A DNA stretch of 64,000 nt from Comamonadaceae bacterium (GTDB lineage: Bacteria > Pseudomonadota > Gammaproteobacteria > Burkholderiales > Burkholderiaceae_C), in contig CANFYZ010000004.1 of the NCBI GenBank assembly GCA_947451385.1, positions 9,525-73,524 on the forward strand. The letters run 5' to 3'. The position numbers were made by a program, and so were the translations under genes. Under the pieces are notes generated by a model. That model saw only the letters and a program-made list of their open reading frames with translations, ran no database searches and was not told where the DNA came from. Below, in pieces: positions 32,994-44,306 of the stretch; the stretch's first letter is position 1, and every line of letters begins with the position of its first letter.

Positions 32994-33725
32994 TTACTGA
33001 ACGGGTACTTGTTGTCCCGCAGCCACCGCGTCCATGTGCGCCTGCTCCGCGCGGACCTTGGCGATGTAGCTGTCACCGCCGTTCGCCGTCAGGTCGCCGC
33101 CCAGATAAAAGCGCAAGCCATCGTCCACATTGCCGCCTTTGAGTTTGATCGAGTCGACGAGCACGCTCACGCCCACGCGCAAATTGGTGATCGGATCGAA
33201 TGCGGCCAACTTGCCTCCAAACTCTTCATAGCGCTGGGCGTGCACTTTGGGCATCACTTGCATCAAGCCCTGCGCACCCACCTTGCTTTGGATATAGGGA
33301 TGAAAGTTGGATTCGATGGCCATCACCGCCAAGATCAAATGCGCTGGCAATTTGGAGGAGCGCGACAGCACATGGGCCTCGGCCACCAAAGCCGCTAAGG
33401 GCTCGGGGGCGACATGGTATTTTTGCGCCAGCCAATTGGCCACCAAGGCTTGTGAACGGGGCAAAGACTTGAGATCGGTGGCGGTGACGCGCTGCACCGC
33501 GTTTTCGGGCAACCACCACAGGCTAACTTGGCGTTCGCGCAACCAGTTGTACACATAGGCCTCGCCCTCGGCCAAATAGTCAGGCCGCAGCGCCAGCACC
33601 AGCACCGCCACGGTCACCACCAAGCCCACCATGGCCAAGCCACTGTGGGTCACAGTCAGCACCCCGTTGCCCATATCGGTCAACATGGTTTGGAGGCGGT
33701 GACGAAATGGGGTGAAGTGAGGCAT
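32994..33725 (-). CDS. lytic transglycosylase (SLT domain), membrane anchored
   Basis: 243 aa. N-terminal TM segment and SLT catalytic region AVMAIESNFHPYIQSKVGAQGLMQVMP. Confidence 0.8.
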   Translation of the reverse strand: MPHFTPFRHRLQTMLTDMGNGVLTVTHSGLAMVGLVVTVAVLVLALRPDYLAEGEAYVYNWLRERQVSLWWLPENAVQRVTATDLKSLPRSQALVANWLAQKYHVAPEPLAALVAEAHVLSRSSKLPAHLILAVMAIESNFHPYIQSKVGAQGLMQVMPKVHAQRYEEFGGKLAAFDPITNLRVGVSVLVDSIKLKGGNVDDGLRFYLGGDLTANGGDSYIAKVRAEQAHMDAVAAGQQVPVQ

Positions 33726-33796
33726 AGCGTGTCACGGATTTTATGCGCTGGCCTCTGCATCAAGGTATTCAACCGGCGGTTGAGGATAATAGGCAC

Positions 33797-34915
33797 ATGA
33801 CCCTTCATCGTGTCGTCGTCGGACTTTCTGGCGGCGTAGACTCTGCCGTGACCGCCCACCTGCTGAAACAGCAGGGCCATGAGGTGGTGGGCATCTTCAT
33901 GAAAAACTGGGAAGACGATGACGACAGTGAATACTGTTCGTCTAACATCGACTTTGTAGACGCCGCCGCCGTGGCCGACGTGCTGGGCATTGAGATCGAG
34001 CACGTCAACTTCGCCACCGACTACAAAGACCGGGTGTTTGCCGAGTTTGTGCGCGAGTACCAGGCCGGGCGCACGCCCAACCCCGACATCTTGTGCAACG
34101 CCGAGATCAAGTTCAAATCTTTCCTCGACCACGCCATGCGCCTGGGTGCCGAGAAGATTGCCACCGGGCATTACGCCCGCGTCCGCCTCAATCCGAGCAC
34201 CGGCCGGCACCAACTGCTCAAGGGCCTGGACGCGAGCAAAGACCAAAGTTATTTCTTGCACCGCCTGAACCAGGCGCAGTTGGCCAAAACGCTGTTCCCG
34301 GTGGGTGAGTTGCACAAAACCGAGGTGCGCCGCATCGCGCAAGAGATCGGCCTGCCCAATGCCAAAAAGAAAGACTCCACCGGCATTTGCTTCATCGGCG
34401 AGCGCCCTTTCAGAGAATTTTTGAACCGCTACATCGTCAAAGAGCCGGGGCCAATCAAGGACCCGACGGGCCGGACCATCGGCCAGCACGTGGGTCTGAG
34501 TTTTTACACCCTGGGGCAACGCCAAGGTTTGGGCATTGGTGGCGTCAAAGCCAAAGGCGCGCAGCGTGGCGGGGGCGAACACACACCCTGGTTTGTGGCG
34601 CGCAAAGACATGACGAACAACATCTTGTGGGTGGTGCAAGGGCACGACCACCCTTGGCTGCTGTCACCCCAACTGCAGGCCGGCGATGCCAGCTGGTGTG
34701 CGGGCGAGCCACCGCCGCCGGGGCACTATGCCGCTAAAACACGTTACCGCCAAAGCGATGCGGCCTGCACTTTGTGTGCAGACGACAATGCCGCTTTCGC
34801 TTTGGATTTCAGCGAAGACCAATGGGCCGTCACACCCGGGCAAAGCGCTGTGTTGTATGACGGCGAGGTGTGCCTGGGCGGCGGCGTCATTTCACACGCC
34901 AGCGCATTACCCTGA
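33797..34915 (+). CDS. mnmA: tRNA 2-thiouridine(34) synthase
   Basis: Trimmed to the ATG at 33797. PP-loop [13 protein letters not shown] and MnmA-like sequence throughout. Confidence 0.9.
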   Translation: MTLHRVVVGLSGGVDSAVTAHLLKQQGHEVVGIFMKNWEDDDDSEYCSSNIDFVDAAAVADVLGIEIEHVNFATDYKDRVFAEFVREYQAGRTPNPDILCNAEIKFKSFLDHAMRLGAEKIATGHYARVRLNPSTGRHQLLKGLDASKDQSYFLHRLNQAQLAKTLFPVGELHKTEVRRIAQEIGLPNAKKKDSTGICFIGERPFREFLNRYIVKEPGPIKDPTGRTIGQHVGLSFYTLGQRQGLGIGGVKAKGAQRGGGEHTPWFVARKDMTNNILWVVQGHDHPWLLSPQLQAGDASWCAGEPPPPGHYAAKTRYRQSDAACTLCADDNAAFALDFSEDQWAVTPGQSAVLYDGEVCLGGGVISHASALP

Positions 34916-34945
34916 GGCCGCGCACAACATGAACAAAGAGATGAC

Positions 34946-36346
34946 ATGACCACCGACGTGCTGATCATTGGCGGCGGCAACGCTGCTTTGTGTGCGGCCC
35001 TGATGGCCGCCGAAGCGGGCGCCAGCGTGACGCTGCTCGAAGCCGCGCCGCGCGAATGGCGCGGCGGCAATTCGGGCCACACGCGCAATCTGCGCTGCAT
35101 GCACGACGCTCCGCAAGACGTGCTGGTCGATGCCTACCCCGAAGAAGAATTCTGGCAAGATCTGCTCAAAGTCACCGGCGGCCTGACCAACGAAAAACTG
35201 GCTCGCCTCGCCATCCGGGCGTCGAGCACCTGCCGCGACTGGATGCGCAGCCACGGCGTGCACTTTCAACCGCCGCTGTCGGGCGCGTTGCACGTGGCGC
35301 GCACCAACGCCTTCTTCATGGGCGGCGGCAAAGCCCTGGTCAACGCCTATTACCGCAGCGCCGAAAAACTGGGCGTGCAGATCCGCTACAACGCACCGGT
35401 CGAGCGGCTCGAGATCGAGAACGGCCGTTTTGTCGCGGCCTGGGTCGGCAGCGAACGCCTCAGCGCCACCACCTGCGTTTTGGCGGCAGGCGGTTTTGAA
35501 TCCAATATCGAATGGCTGCGCGAGGCCTGGGGCCAAAACGAACACGGTGAATGGCCGGCCGAAAATTTTTTGATCCGCGGCACCCGCTACAACCAAGGCG
35601 TGCTGCTGAAACACATGCTGGACGACCACCACGCCGACCGCATAGGCGACCCGACGCAGGCGCACATGGTGGCCATTGACGCACGCGCACCGCTGTACGA
35701 TGGCGGCATCTGCACGCGCATCGATTGCGTGTCGCTCGGCGTGGTGGTGAACACCCAAGCCCGGCGCTTTTACGACGAGGGCGAGGACTTCTGGCCCAAA
35801 CGCTACGCGATTTGGGGCCGGCTGGTGGCGCAACAACCGGGGCAGACCGCCTACTCCATCATCGACAGCAAAGCTGTGGGCCGCTTCATGCCGCCGGTGT
35901 TTGAAGGGGTGCAAGCCGCCACCCTGCCGGAGTTGGCGCAAAAAATCGGCCTGCCGGTCGAGACCTTCATGCAAACCTTGAACGACTACAACCAAGCCTG
36001 CCGCCCTGGCACCTTTGACCACACCGTGCTCGACGACTGCCACACCGAAGGCGTGAGCCCCGCCAAAACCCACTGGGCCCGCACCATCGACATCGCGCCG
36101 TTTTACGCCTATGCGGTGCGCCCCGGGGTGACCTTTACTTACCTGGGTTTGGAAACCGATGAAACCACCGCCGTGCGTTTTGGCGGCGTGCCCAGCGAAA
36201 ACCTGTTTGTGGCCGGCGAGATGATGGCCGGCAACGTGCTCGGCAAGGGCTACACCGCGGGCGTGGGCATGTCGATCGGCACCGCCTTTGGCCGCATTGC
36301 GGGTACACAAGCGGCACGCGTCGCGCTCGCCGAGGCCACACCATGA
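34946..36346 (+). CDS. tcuA: FAD-dependent tricarballylate dehydrogenase
   Basis: 466 aa. FAD motif [15 protein letters not shown] and N-terminal sequence recalled as TcuA-like ([19 protein letters not shown]). Coupled to a TcuB-like gene by an ATGA overlap. Confidence 0.8.
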   Translation: MTTDVLIIGGGNAALCAALMAAEAGASVTLLEAAPREWRGGNSGHTRNLRCMHDAPQDVLVDAYPEEEFWQDLLKVTGGLTNEKLARLAIRASSTCRDWMRSHGVHFQPPLSGALHVARTNAFFMGGGKALVNAYYRSAEKLGVQIRYNAPVERLEIENGRFVAAWVGSERLSATTCVLAAGGFESNIEWLREAWGQNEHGEWPAENFLIRGTRYNQGVLLKHMLDDHHADRIGDPTQAHMVAIDARAPLYDGGICTRIDCVSLGVVVNTQARRFYDEGEDFWPKRYAIWGRLVAQQPGQTAYSIIDSKAVGRFMPPVFEGVQAATLPELAQKIGLPVETFMQTLNDYNQACRPGTFDHTVLDDCHTEGVSPAKTHWARTIDIAPFYAYAVRPGVTFTYLGLETDETTAVRFGGVPSENLFVAGEMMAGNVLGKGYTAGVGMSIGTAFGRIAGTQAARVALAEATP

Positions 36347-37497
36347 CCCCGTTGGCGCAACTGACCGACCAAGCCAAAGCCCTGGCCAATGGCGAATGGG
36401 TGCCCACCTCGGCCGAAAGCGAAACCGCGCGCCAGCTGCAAATTTGCAATGCCTGCCGCTACTGCGAAGGCTTTTGCGCGGTGTTTCCGGCCATGACACG
36501 GCGCCTGTCGTTTGCGCAGGCTGACATCCACTTCATGGCGAATTTGTGCCACAACTGCGGCGCCTGTCTGCACGCCTGCCAGTACGCGCCACCGCACGAC
36601 TTTGCCGTCAACATCCCACAGGCCATGGCGCAGGTGCGGGGTGAAACCTATGTGCACTACGCCTGGCCCACGCCGCTGGGCGCGCTGTACCAACGCAACG
36701 GACTCACGCTGTCGCTGGCGCTGGCGGCCGCCTTGGCGCTGTTCATTGGACTGGCGGCCAAAGCACCTGCGGGTGCGGCCGACTTTTACGCCATCTTTCC
36801 GCACAACTTCTTGGTGAGCCTGTTCGCACCGGTGTTCTTGTTCGCGGTGCTTGCCCTGGCCATGGGCGTGCGCCGCTTTTGGGGGGACATCACGCCCGCC
36901 ACCACCGGCGCGCCCGTGAGTTCACCGGCCGCGCTGGAAACGACACACGATGTGCTGCAACTCACCTACCTGGATGGCGGACATGGCGAAGGCTGCAACA
37001 ACGAAGACGACGCGTTTTCGCAGGCACGACGGCGTGCACACCATCTGACGTTTTACGGCTTCCTGCTGTGCTTCGCCGCCACCAGCGTGGCCACGCTGTA
37101 CCACTACGCCTTCGGTTGGGTCGCGCCGTACGACCTGCCCAGCCTGCCCAAGCTGCTGGGCGTGGGCGGCGGCGTGATGCTGTGCCTGGGCACACTGGGC
37201 CTGTTCAAACTCAAGCTGCAACGCCACCCGGCCCAAGGCGATGCTGCACAAAAGCCGATGGACTATGGCTTTATTGCGTTGCTGTTTTTGGTCAGCGCCA
37301 GCGGCCTGTTGCTATGGCTGATGCGCACGCATGTGTTCATGCCACAGGTCTTGGCGCTGCACCTGGGCAGCGTGATGGCCCTGTTCGCCACCCTGCCTTA
37401 CAACAAATTTGCCCACGGCATGTACCGCAGCGCCGCCTTGCTGCGCCACGCCGTTGAAAAACGCCAACCCAACCGCCTTGGATTGGGTGGAGATTAA
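36343..37497 (+). CDS. tcuB: tricarballylate utilization 4Fe-4S protein
   Basis: 384 aa. Cys clusters [11 protein letters not shown] and CHNCGAC, followed by multiple TM helices. Confidence 0.8.
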   Translation: MTPLAQLTDQAKALANGEWVPTSAESETARQLQICNACRYCEGFCAVFPAMTRRLSFAQADIHFMANLCHNCGACLHACQYAPPHDFAVNIPQAMAQVRGETYVHYAWPTPLGALYQRNGLTLSLALAAALALFIGLAAKAPAGAADFYAIFPHNFLVSLFAPVFLFAVLALAMGVRRFWGDITPATTGAPVSSPAALETTHDVLQLTYLDGGHGEGCNNEDDAFSQARRRAHHLTFYGFLLCFAATSVATLYHYAFGWVAPYDLPSLPKLLGVGGGVMLCLGTLGLFKLKLQRHPAQGDAAQKPMDYGFIALLFLVSASGLLLWLMRTHVFMPQVLALHLGSVMALFATLPYNKFAHGMYRSAALLRHAVEKRQPNRLGLGGD

Positions 37498-37507
37498 GGA
37501 GACCCTG

Positions 37508-38482
37508 ATGAAAAAAAGACACTTTCTGCACACCCTGCTGGCACTCACTATCGCCGGCTTGACACACACCGCGCAGGCCCAAGAGTTCCCACCCAAGAAA
37601 ACCATCACCATGGTGGTGGGCTTTGCCGCAGGCGGCGCGGCCGACACGGGCGCCCGCATCATTGCCAAGAAACTGGGCGAAAACATCGGCGCTTCGGTGG
37701 TGATTGACAACCGTGCAGGCGCAGGCGGCAACATCGCGCACCAGTTCACCGCACAAGGCCCGACCGACGGCAGCCTGATCCTCCTCGGTTCAGTCGGCCC
37801 GCTCACGATTGCGCAGCATATGATGAAGCTGCCCTACGACCCGGTGAAAGACCTGGCGCCGCTGACCATGGGCGTGAACTTCCCGAACGTGTTGGTGGTC
37901 GGGGCGCAGACCGGCATCAAAACCTTTGCCGACTTTGTGGCCTACGCCAAAAAGAACCCGGGCAAACTCGACTTTGCCTCCACCGGCCCCGGCTCGGCCT
38001 CGCACCTGGCGGGCGAATTGCTGAACGACATGGCCAAGATCGACACCGTGCACATCCCCTACAAAGGCGGCGCACCGGCGCTGCAAGACCTGCTGGGCGG
38101 CCGTGTGGCGGCCTATTACTCCACGCTCTCGACCTCGCTGCCGCACATTGAAACCGGCAAGCTGATCCCCTTGGCCAGCACCGGCAGCCAGCGACTCACC
38201 GCCTTGCCCAAGATCCCCACCATTGCCGAGTCGGGCTACCCCGGCTTCTCAGCCACCAACTGGTACGCGTTTGTGGCCTCGTCCAAAGTGTCCAAGCCGG
38301 TGCTGGACCGCTGGAACCAAGAACTGGTGAAAGTGCTGAAATCACCCGATGTAGTCGAAGCCCTGAACAGCCACGGCCTCACGCCGCTGCCAGGCACACG
38401 CGACGAATTGGCGAAATACATGGAAAAAGAAACCGCCACCTGGGGCCACATCATCCGTGAACGCAAAATCACGATGGAATAA
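37508..38482 (+). CDS. Bug-family (TctC-like) tripartite tricarboxylate transporter substrate-binding protein
   Basis: Trimmed to the ATG at 37508. Signal peptide, then the Bug hallmark (FPPKKTITMVVGFAAGGAADTGAR). Confidence 0.85.
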   Translation: MKKRHFLHTLLALTIAGLTHTAQAQEFPPKKTITMVVGFAAGGAADTGARIIAKKLGENIGASVVIDNRAGAGGNIAHQFTAQGPTDGSLILLGSVGPLTIAQHMMKLPYDPVKDLAPLTMGVNFPNVLVVGAQTGIKTFADFVAYAKKNPGKLDFASTGPGSASHLAGELLNDMAKIDTVHIPYKGGAPALQDLLGGRVAAYYSTLSTSLPHIETGKLIPLASTGSQRLTALPKIPTIAESGYPGFSATNWYAFVASSKVSKPVLDRWNQELVKVLKSPDVVEALNSHGLTPLPGTRDELAKYMEKETATWGHIIRERKITME

Positions 38483-38512
38483 CACCCAACCACCGCACAA
38501 CGGACACACACC

Positions 38513-39310
38513 ATGACAACCTTCCACATCTTCACCCGCCGCGGCCTGCTGGCCAGCGCCTTGCTGGCACTGGCCTCACTGACGGCACAAACCGCCGCGT
38601 CAGCCGCCGAGATCCGCGTCATCACCTCCGGGGCCTTCACTGAGGCCTACAAAAAACTCGTGCCTATTTACGAAGCCGCCAGCGGCCACAAGGTCATCAG
38701 CGCGTTCGGCGCTTCGGTCGGCAATGCGCCCGACTCCATTCCCAGCCGCTTTGCCCGCGGCGAAAAGTTCGACCTGGTGATCCTCTCTGAAGGCGGGCTC
38801 GAAGCCCTGATGAAAGAGGGCAAGCTGGTGCCCGGCAGCCGCGTGGACCTGGCGCGCTCGCAGATCGGCGTGGCGGTGCGCAAAGGCACACCGATACCAG
38901 ACATCAGCACCGTCGCCGCCTTGAAGCAAACTCTGTTGAACGCCAAGTCGGTGGCCTACTCGGCCAGCGCCAGCGGCACCTACCTGTCCACCGAAATGTT
39001 CCCCAAGCTGGGCATTGCCGAGCAGATGCAAAAAACCGCCAAAAAAATCATGAGTGAACGGGTCGGTGCGGTGGTCGCCCGGGGTGAAGCCGAGCTCGGC
39101 TTTCAGCAAGTGAGCGAGCTGATTTACTTCAAGGAGCTGGACTTTGTGGGCACCTTGCCCGATGCGGTGCAACAAACCATCTTCTTCTCATCGGCGCTGG
39201 TCAAAGGCGCAGAGCAACAAGAAGCTGCGCAACATCTGGTGCGATTCTTCAACTCCCCCGCCGTGGCAGACATCGTGCGCAGCACGGGGTTGGACCCGGC
39301 CAACAAATAA
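38513..39310 (+). CDS. periplasmic substrate-binding protein (ModA-like type 2 PBP fold)
   Basis: 265 aa with a signal peptide (RRGLL...ASAAE). General resemblance to molybdate/anion-type binding proteins; the ligand is unknown. Confidence 0.55.
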   Translation: MTTFHIFTRRGLLASALLALASLTAQTAASAAEIRVITSGAFTEAYKKLVPIYEAASGHKVISAFGASVGNAPDSIPSRFARGEKFDLVILSEGGLEALMKEGKLVPGSRVDLARSQIGVAVRKGTPIPDISTVAALKQTLLNAKSVAYSASASGTYLSTEMFPKLGIAEQMQKTAKKIMSERVGAVVARGEAELGFQQVSELIYFKELDFVGTLPDAVQQTIFFSSALVKGAEQQEAAQHLVRFFNSPAVADIVRSTGLDPANK

Positions 39311-39333
39311 GACGCCTTCGCGCTGACCCATGC

Positions 39334-39368
39334 AAAAAGCCCGCACTTGGCGACAAGGCGGGCTTTTT
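39334..39368. terminator. bidirectional rho-independent terminator between the PBP gene and ssb
   Basis: AAAAAGCCCGC-(13-nt loop)-GCGGGCTTTTT, with A and T runs on either side. Lies between convergent genes. Confidence 0.7.
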
Positions 39369-39407
39369 GCTGGGGACCCCAGGGTCAAACAAAGAGCAAA
39401 CTAAGGG

Positions 39408-39905
39408 TCAGAACGGGATGTCGTCGTCCATGTCGTCAAACCCGCTGGGGGCGGCCGGTTTGCCGGCTGGCGCGCGCGGGGCTGACGCAGCCGGACGCGG
39501 CGCGGCGGCCGGGCGGCGTGGGGCGCTGTCGTAACCGTCGTCGCCACCACCCGATGGCGCGCCGCCGCCTTCACGGCCGCCGAGCAATTGCATTTCGGTG
39601 GCAATGATGTCCACCGTGTTCTTTTCCACGCCCGACTGGTCGGTGTACTTGCCGTACTTCAAGCGGCCTTCGACATAAATCGGACGGCCTTTTTTCACGT
39701 ACTCGCCGGCAATTTCGGCCAAGCGGTCGTAAAAAGTGACGCGGTGCCACTGGGTGTCTTCGACCGTCTCGCCCGAGGTGCGGTCTTTGCGGCGGCTGGT
39801 GGTGGCAATGCTCACATTGGCCACGGCCTGGCCCGAGGGCAGGTAACGGATTTCGGGGTCACGGCCACAGTTGCCGATCAGGATGACTTTGTTGACGGAT
39901 GCCAT
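39408..39905 (-). CDS. ssb: single-stranded DNA-binding protein
   Basis: 165 aa. OB-fold N-terminus MASVNKVILIGNCGRDPEIRY, a Gly/Pro-rich linker and the acidic tail DDDIPF. Confidence 0.95.
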   Translation of the reverse strand: MASVNKVILIGNCGRDPEIRYLPSGQAVANVSIATTSRRKDRTSGETVEDTQWHRVTFYDRLAEIAGEYVKKGRPIYVEGRLKYGKYTDQSGVEKNTVDIIATEMQLLGGREGGGAPSGGGDDGYDSAPRRPAAAPRPAASAPRAPAGKPAAPSGFDDMDDDIPF

Positions 39906-39933
39906 GAAACAATTCCTCAGAAATAAGCCGCAA

Positions 39934-41172
39934 TTATGGGGCCTGACGGTTCAAATGGGCCGGACTCAAGGGGGCTTTCATGGGCCAGGCGGCCAACAGC
40001 CAGACGAGCATGGCCCCAGCGCAGGCCAAAAACAGCGCCTGGGTGCCGTAATTCTGGACCAACAGCCCGCCCAGGGCGCCGCCGACAAAAAAACCCAGCG
40101 ACTGCAAGGTGTTGTACACCCCCAGCGCCGCGCCGCGCACCTGGGGCGGGGCCAGGCGCGAGGCCAGGCTGGGCTGAGAGGCCTCCAAAATATTGAAGCC
40201 GCAAAAAAACAGGAACAGCAAAACCGCCAGATTCAGCAACTGCGGGCTGGCCGACGCCTGCAACAAAAAGCCCAGCTGCACCACCGCGATCAGGCCCACC
40301 GCCACCAAAAACACCGCGCGCAAATAGCCCCGCCGCTCCAGCGGAAACAGCGTCCCGCCCATGACCCCAAAGGAGGCCAGGACGGCGGGCAAATACACCC
40401 ACCAGTGCTGCTCTTTGGGCAGACCGGCTTGCACCAACAAGGCCGGCACGGCCACCCACATGGCCAGTTGCACAGCATGCAGCACAAACACGCCCAGGTT
40501 CAGGCGCATCAAGCCCGGATGGCGCAAAACCTCGCTCAGGCGGCCACGGGGCTGGTTTTTTTGCGCCGCGGGCTCGGCGGGCACACGCCACAGCACCACG
40601 GCCACGCCGATCAGGGCCAGCACACCGGTCAAGCCGAACAAGCCGGGCAAACCCGCCACCAACACCAGCACCGGGGCCAGCACCAACGACAGGGCGAACA
40701 TCAGGCCGATACTGGCCCCGACCAAGGCCATGGCCTTGGTGCGTACTTCGTCCCGCGTGAGGTCGGCCAGCAAGGCCGTGACCGCGGCCGACACCGCGCC
40801 GGCCCCCTGCAAGCTGCGCCCCACCAGCAGCCAGCCCAACGTGGGCGCGGCCGCGGCGAGAAAGCTGCCTGCCGAAAAAATCAACAAACCGAGCACAATC
40901 ACCCGCTTGCGGCCAAAACGGTCAGAAGCCATGCCGAACGGCAGCTGCAGCAGGCCTTGCGTCAGACCGTAAATGCCCATGGCCAGGCCCAGCAAGGCGG
41001 CATCGTCCCCACCCGGGTATTTGCGCGCCTCCAAAGCAAACACGGGCAACACCAAAAACAGACCCAGCATGCGCAAAGCAAAGATCGAGGCCAACGAGGC
41101 ACTGGCGCGCCGCTCGGTGGCGGTCATGGGGGTGGCGGGCAAGGGGGGCGCGTGGCGCGCAGAAGAAGTCAC
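39934..41172 (-). CDS. MFS transporter
   Basis: 412-aa 12-TM-like protein with the MFS loop motif (GMASDRFGRKRV). The start may be an internal Met. Confidence 0.8.
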   Translation of the reverse strand: MTSSARHAPPLPATPMTATERRASASLASIFALRMLGLFLVLPVFALEARKYPGGDDAALLGLAMGIYGLTQGLLQLPFGMASDRFGRKRVIVLGLLIFSAGSFLAAAAPTLGWLLVGRSLQGAGAVSAAVTALLADLTRDEVRTKAMALVGASIGLMFALSLVLAPVLVLVAGLPGLFGLTGVLALIGVAVVLWRVPAEPAAQKNQPRGRLSEVLRHPGLMRLNLGVFVLHAVQLAMWVAVPALLVQAGLPKEQHWWVYLPAVLASFGVMGGTLFPLERRGYLRAVFLVAVGLIAVVQLGFLLQASASPQLLNLAVLLFLFFCGFNILEASQPSLASRLAPPQVRGAALGVYNTLQSLGFFVGGALGGLLVQNYGTQALFLACAGAMLVWLLAAWPMKAPLSPAHLNRQAP

Positions 41173-41294
41173 AAGAGAGCGTCAATTCATCAGTTCAAGC
41201 CACTGATTGTCCCCGATGGAACTGACGAGGCCGTCTGGCAGACAAGCCCGGCCACAAAGCCGATAATTGAGGGTTTTGTCCATCGGCACCAATT

Positions 41295-44258
41295 TTGAAC
41301 ACCTCTGATGCATTCTTGGCAACAGCCTCTGACGACCGCGCCGAATTGCGCGCGGCGCTGGCAGACGATGACGCCCCCTACCTGGCCACCGCGTTGCGGC
41401 AAACGCGCATCAGCGTGCGCGGCGCACGCACGCACAATCTGAAAAACATCGACCTGGACATTCCGCGCAACCAACTGGTGGTGATCACCGGCTTGTCAGG
41501 CTCGGGCAAATCCAGCCTGGCGTTTGACACGCTGTACGCCGAAGGCCAGCGCCGTTATGTGGAAAGCCTGTCCACCTATGCGCGGCAGTTTTTACAGCTG
41601 ATGGACAAACCCGATGTGGATTTGATCGAGGGCTTGTCGCCCGCCATCAGCATCGAGCAAAAAGCCACCAGCCACAACCCGCGCTCCACCGTGGGCACGG
41701 TGACCGAGATCCACGACTACCTGCGCCTGCTCTATGCCCGCGCCGGCACGCCGTATTGCCCCGACCATGAGCTGCCCTTGCAAGCGCAAACCGTGAGCCA
41801 GATGGTGGACGCGGTGCTGGCCCTGCCCGAAGACACCCGCCTGATGATCCTGGCCCCGATTGCGCGCGAGCGCAAAGGCGAGTTCGCCCAGGTGTTTGAG
41901 CAAATGCAGGCGCTGGGCTATGTGCGCTTTCGCATCAACGGCCAAACCGTCGAAGTCGAAGACCTGCCCACATTGAAGAAAACCGAGAAGCACGACATCG
42001 ACGTGGTGGTCGACCGCCTGAAAGTGCGCAACGAAGCCGATGCGCCAGCGCGCGACGCCCTGCGCCAACGCTTGGCCGAGAGCTTTGAAGCCGCGCTGGG
42101 CCTGGCCGAAGGCCGTGCCCTGGCGCTGGAAATGGACCACGGCAAAGAGCATTTGTTCAACGCCAAGTTCTCGTGCCCGATCTGCCACTACGCCATCAGC
42201 GAGTTGGAGCCGCGCCTGTTCTCGTTCAACTCGCCCATGGGCGCTTGCACCACCTGCGACGGCATTGGCACGATGGAATTTTTTGACCCGGCGCGCGTCG
42301 TCGCGTTCCCGACGTTGAGCCTGGCCAGCGGCGCGATCAAGGGCTGGGACCGGCGCAACGGCTTTTACTTCAGCATGCTGGAGAGCCTGGCCAAGCACTA
42401 CAAGTTCGACGTGGAAGCCCCGTTTGAAAGCCTGCCCGAAGCCGTGCGCCAGGTGATCTTGTTCGGCTCTGGCGATGAAGACATCAAGTTCAGCTACATC
42501 ATGGAGTCGGGCGCCTCGCAAGGCAAAAAGATCAGCAAAAAGCACCCCTTTGAAGGCATCGTCCCGAACATGACGCGGCGCTACCGCGAGACCGACTCGT
42601 CGGTGGTGCGCGAGGACCTGGCGCGACTGCGCAACCACCAACCCTGCACCGATTGCAACGGCTCACGCCTGCGCCGCGAAGCGCGCCATGTGCGCGTGGG
42701 CGAAGGCGCGCAAGCGCGGGCGATTTTCCAGATCAGTCATGTGACGCTGGGCGAGGCGCAGGCGTATTTCCAACAGCTGCACATCCCCGGTGCCAAGGGC
42801 GAGATCGCCAGCAAAGTGGTGCGCGAAATTGGCCTGCGCCTGAAGTTCTTGAACGATGTGGGCCTGAACTATTTGAGCCTGGACCGCAGCGCCGAAACCC
42901 TGTCGGGCGGCGAGTCGCAGCGCATCCGCCTGGCCAGCCAGATCGGCTCCGGCCTGACGGGCGTGATGTATGTGCTGGACGAGCCCAGCATCGGTCTGCA
43001 CCAGCGCGACAACGACCGTTTGATCAGCACGCTGCAACACCTGCGCGACATTGGCAACAGCGTGTTGGTGGTGGAGCACGACGAAGACATGATCCGCGTG
43101 GCCGACCACGTGATCGACATGGGGCCCGGCGCGGGCGTGCACGGCGGGCGCGTGATGGCGCAAGGCACTTGCGCCGACATCATGGCGACGCCCGACTCGC
43201 TCACCGGGCAGTACATGTCGGGGCGCAAAAAAATTGCGGTGCCCGCCCAACGCCACCCCAAAGGCAAAGACTGCATTGAGATCGTCAAGGCCACGGGCAA
43301 CAACCTGAAAGAAGTCACGGCGCAGTTCCCGGTCGGTCTGTTGACCTGCGTGACCGGCGTGTCGGGCTCCGGCAAATCGACCTTGGTGAATGACACCTTG
43401 TACCTGGCGGCGGCGCACCAGATTCATCGGGCCCACGACGAGCCCGCGGCGCACGAAGACATCTTGGGCATGTACCACTTTGACAAAGTGATCAACGTTG
43501 ACCAGTCACCCATTGGCCGCACGCCGCGCAGCAACCCGGCCACCTACACCGGTTTGTTCACCCACATCCGCGATCTGATGGCCGAAGTGCCGGCCGCACG
43601 CGAACGCGGCTATGGCCCGGGGCGCTTTTCGTTCAACGTGACCGGTGGGCGCTGCGAAGCCTGCCAGGGCGACGGCATGGTCAAAGTGGAAATGCATTTT
43701 TTGCCCGACGTGTACGTGCCTTGCGATGTCTGCAAAGGCCAGCGCTACAACCGCGAAACCTTGGAGATCCAATACAAAGGCAAAAACATTGCCCAGGTGC
43801 TGGACATGACGGTGGAAGTGGCCTTTGCCTTCTTCAGCGCCGTGCCCAATATCGCGCGCAAACTGCAAACCCTGCTCGATGTGGGCCTGTCCTACATTCG
43901 CTTGGGCCAAGCGGCCACCACCTTGTCGGGCGGTGAGGCGCAGCGCGTCAAGCTGGCGCTGGAGCTGTCCAAGCGCGACACCGGCCGCACGCTGTACATC
44001 CTGGACGAACCGACCACCGGCCTGCACTTTGCCGACATTGCCTTGCTGCTGAAAGTGCTGCACCAGCTGCGCGACGCGGGCAACACCATCGTCATCATCG
44101 AGCACAACCTGGACGTGATCAAAACCGCCGACTGGCTCATCGACATGGGCCCCGAAGGCGGCGCAGGCGGTGGCCAGGTGGTGGGCGTGGGCACGCCCGA
44201 AGATTTGGCCAAAAATCCGGACAGCTTCACCGGCAAGTACCTGGCCAAACTGCTGTGA
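41295..44258 (+). CDS. uvrA: excinuclease ABC subunit A
   Basis: 987 aa. Two ABC modules ([18 protein letters not shown]; [16 protein letters not shown]) and zinc-finger Cys pairs. Confidence 0.95.
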   Translation: MNTSDAFLATASDDRAELRAALADDDAPYLATALRQTRISVRGARTHNLKNIDLDIPRNQLVVITGLSGSGKSSLAFDTLYAEGQRRYVESLSTYARQFLQLMDKPDVDLIEGLSPAISIEQKATSHNPRSTVGTVTEIHDYLRLLYARAGTPYCPDHELPLQAQTVSQMVDAVLALPEDTRLMILAPIARERKGEFAQVFEQMQALGYVRFRINGQTVEVEDLPTLKKTEKHDIDVVVDRLKVRNEADAPARDALRQRLAESFEAALGLAEGRALALEMDHGKEHLFNAKFSCPICHYAISELEPRLFSFNSPMGACTTCDGIGTMEFFDPARVVAFPTLSLASGAIKGWDRRNGFYFSMLESLAKHYKFDVEAPFESLPEAVRQVILFGSGDEDIKFSYIMESGASQGKKISKKHPFEGIVPNMTRRYRETDSSVVREDLARLRNHQPCTDCNGSRLRREARHVRVGEGAQARAIFQISHVTLGEAQAYFQQLHIPGAKGEIASKVVREIGLRLKFLNDVGLNYLSLDRSAETLSGGESQRIRLASQIGSGLTGVMYVLDEPSIGLHQRDNDRLISTLQHLRDIGNSVLVVEHDEDMIRVADHVIDMGPGAGVHGGRVMAQGTCADIMATPDSLTGQYMSGRKKIAVPAQRHPKGKDCIEIVKATGNNLKEVTAQFPVGLLTCVTGVSGSGKSTLVNDTLYLAAAHQIHRAHDEPAAHEDILGMYHFDKVINVDQSPIGRTPRSNPATYTGLFTHIRDLMAEVPAARERGYGPGRFSFNVTGGRCEACQGDGMVKVEMHFLPDVYVPCDVCKGQRYNRETLEIQYKGKNIAQVLDMTVEVAFAFFSAVPNIARKLQTLLDVGLSYIRLGQAATTLSGGEAQRVKLALELSKRDTGRTLYILDEPTTGLHFADIALLLKVLHQLRDAGNTIVIIEHNLDVIKTADWLIDMGPEGGAGGGQVVGVGTPEDLAKNPDSFTGKYLAKLL

Positions 44259-44306
44259 AAACAGGCCCGCTGGACACACCTACCCCATTGAAAGTTTGAA
44301 TTCCTG

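Noticed and set aside
34907-36499. 530-aa minus-strand ORF
   Set aside because: Antisense to tcuA. It has no motifs and is rich in Ala, Gly and Arg.
41173-41294. Search for a LexA/SOS box (CTGT-N8-ACAG) between the MFS/ssb side and uvrA
   Set aside because: No match to the consensus was found by eye, so no regulatory site is claimed.
39871-41298. 475-aa plus-strand ORF rich in Gln, Arg, His and Gly
   Set aside because: Antisense to the MFS transporter. The extreme low complexity is not protein-like.
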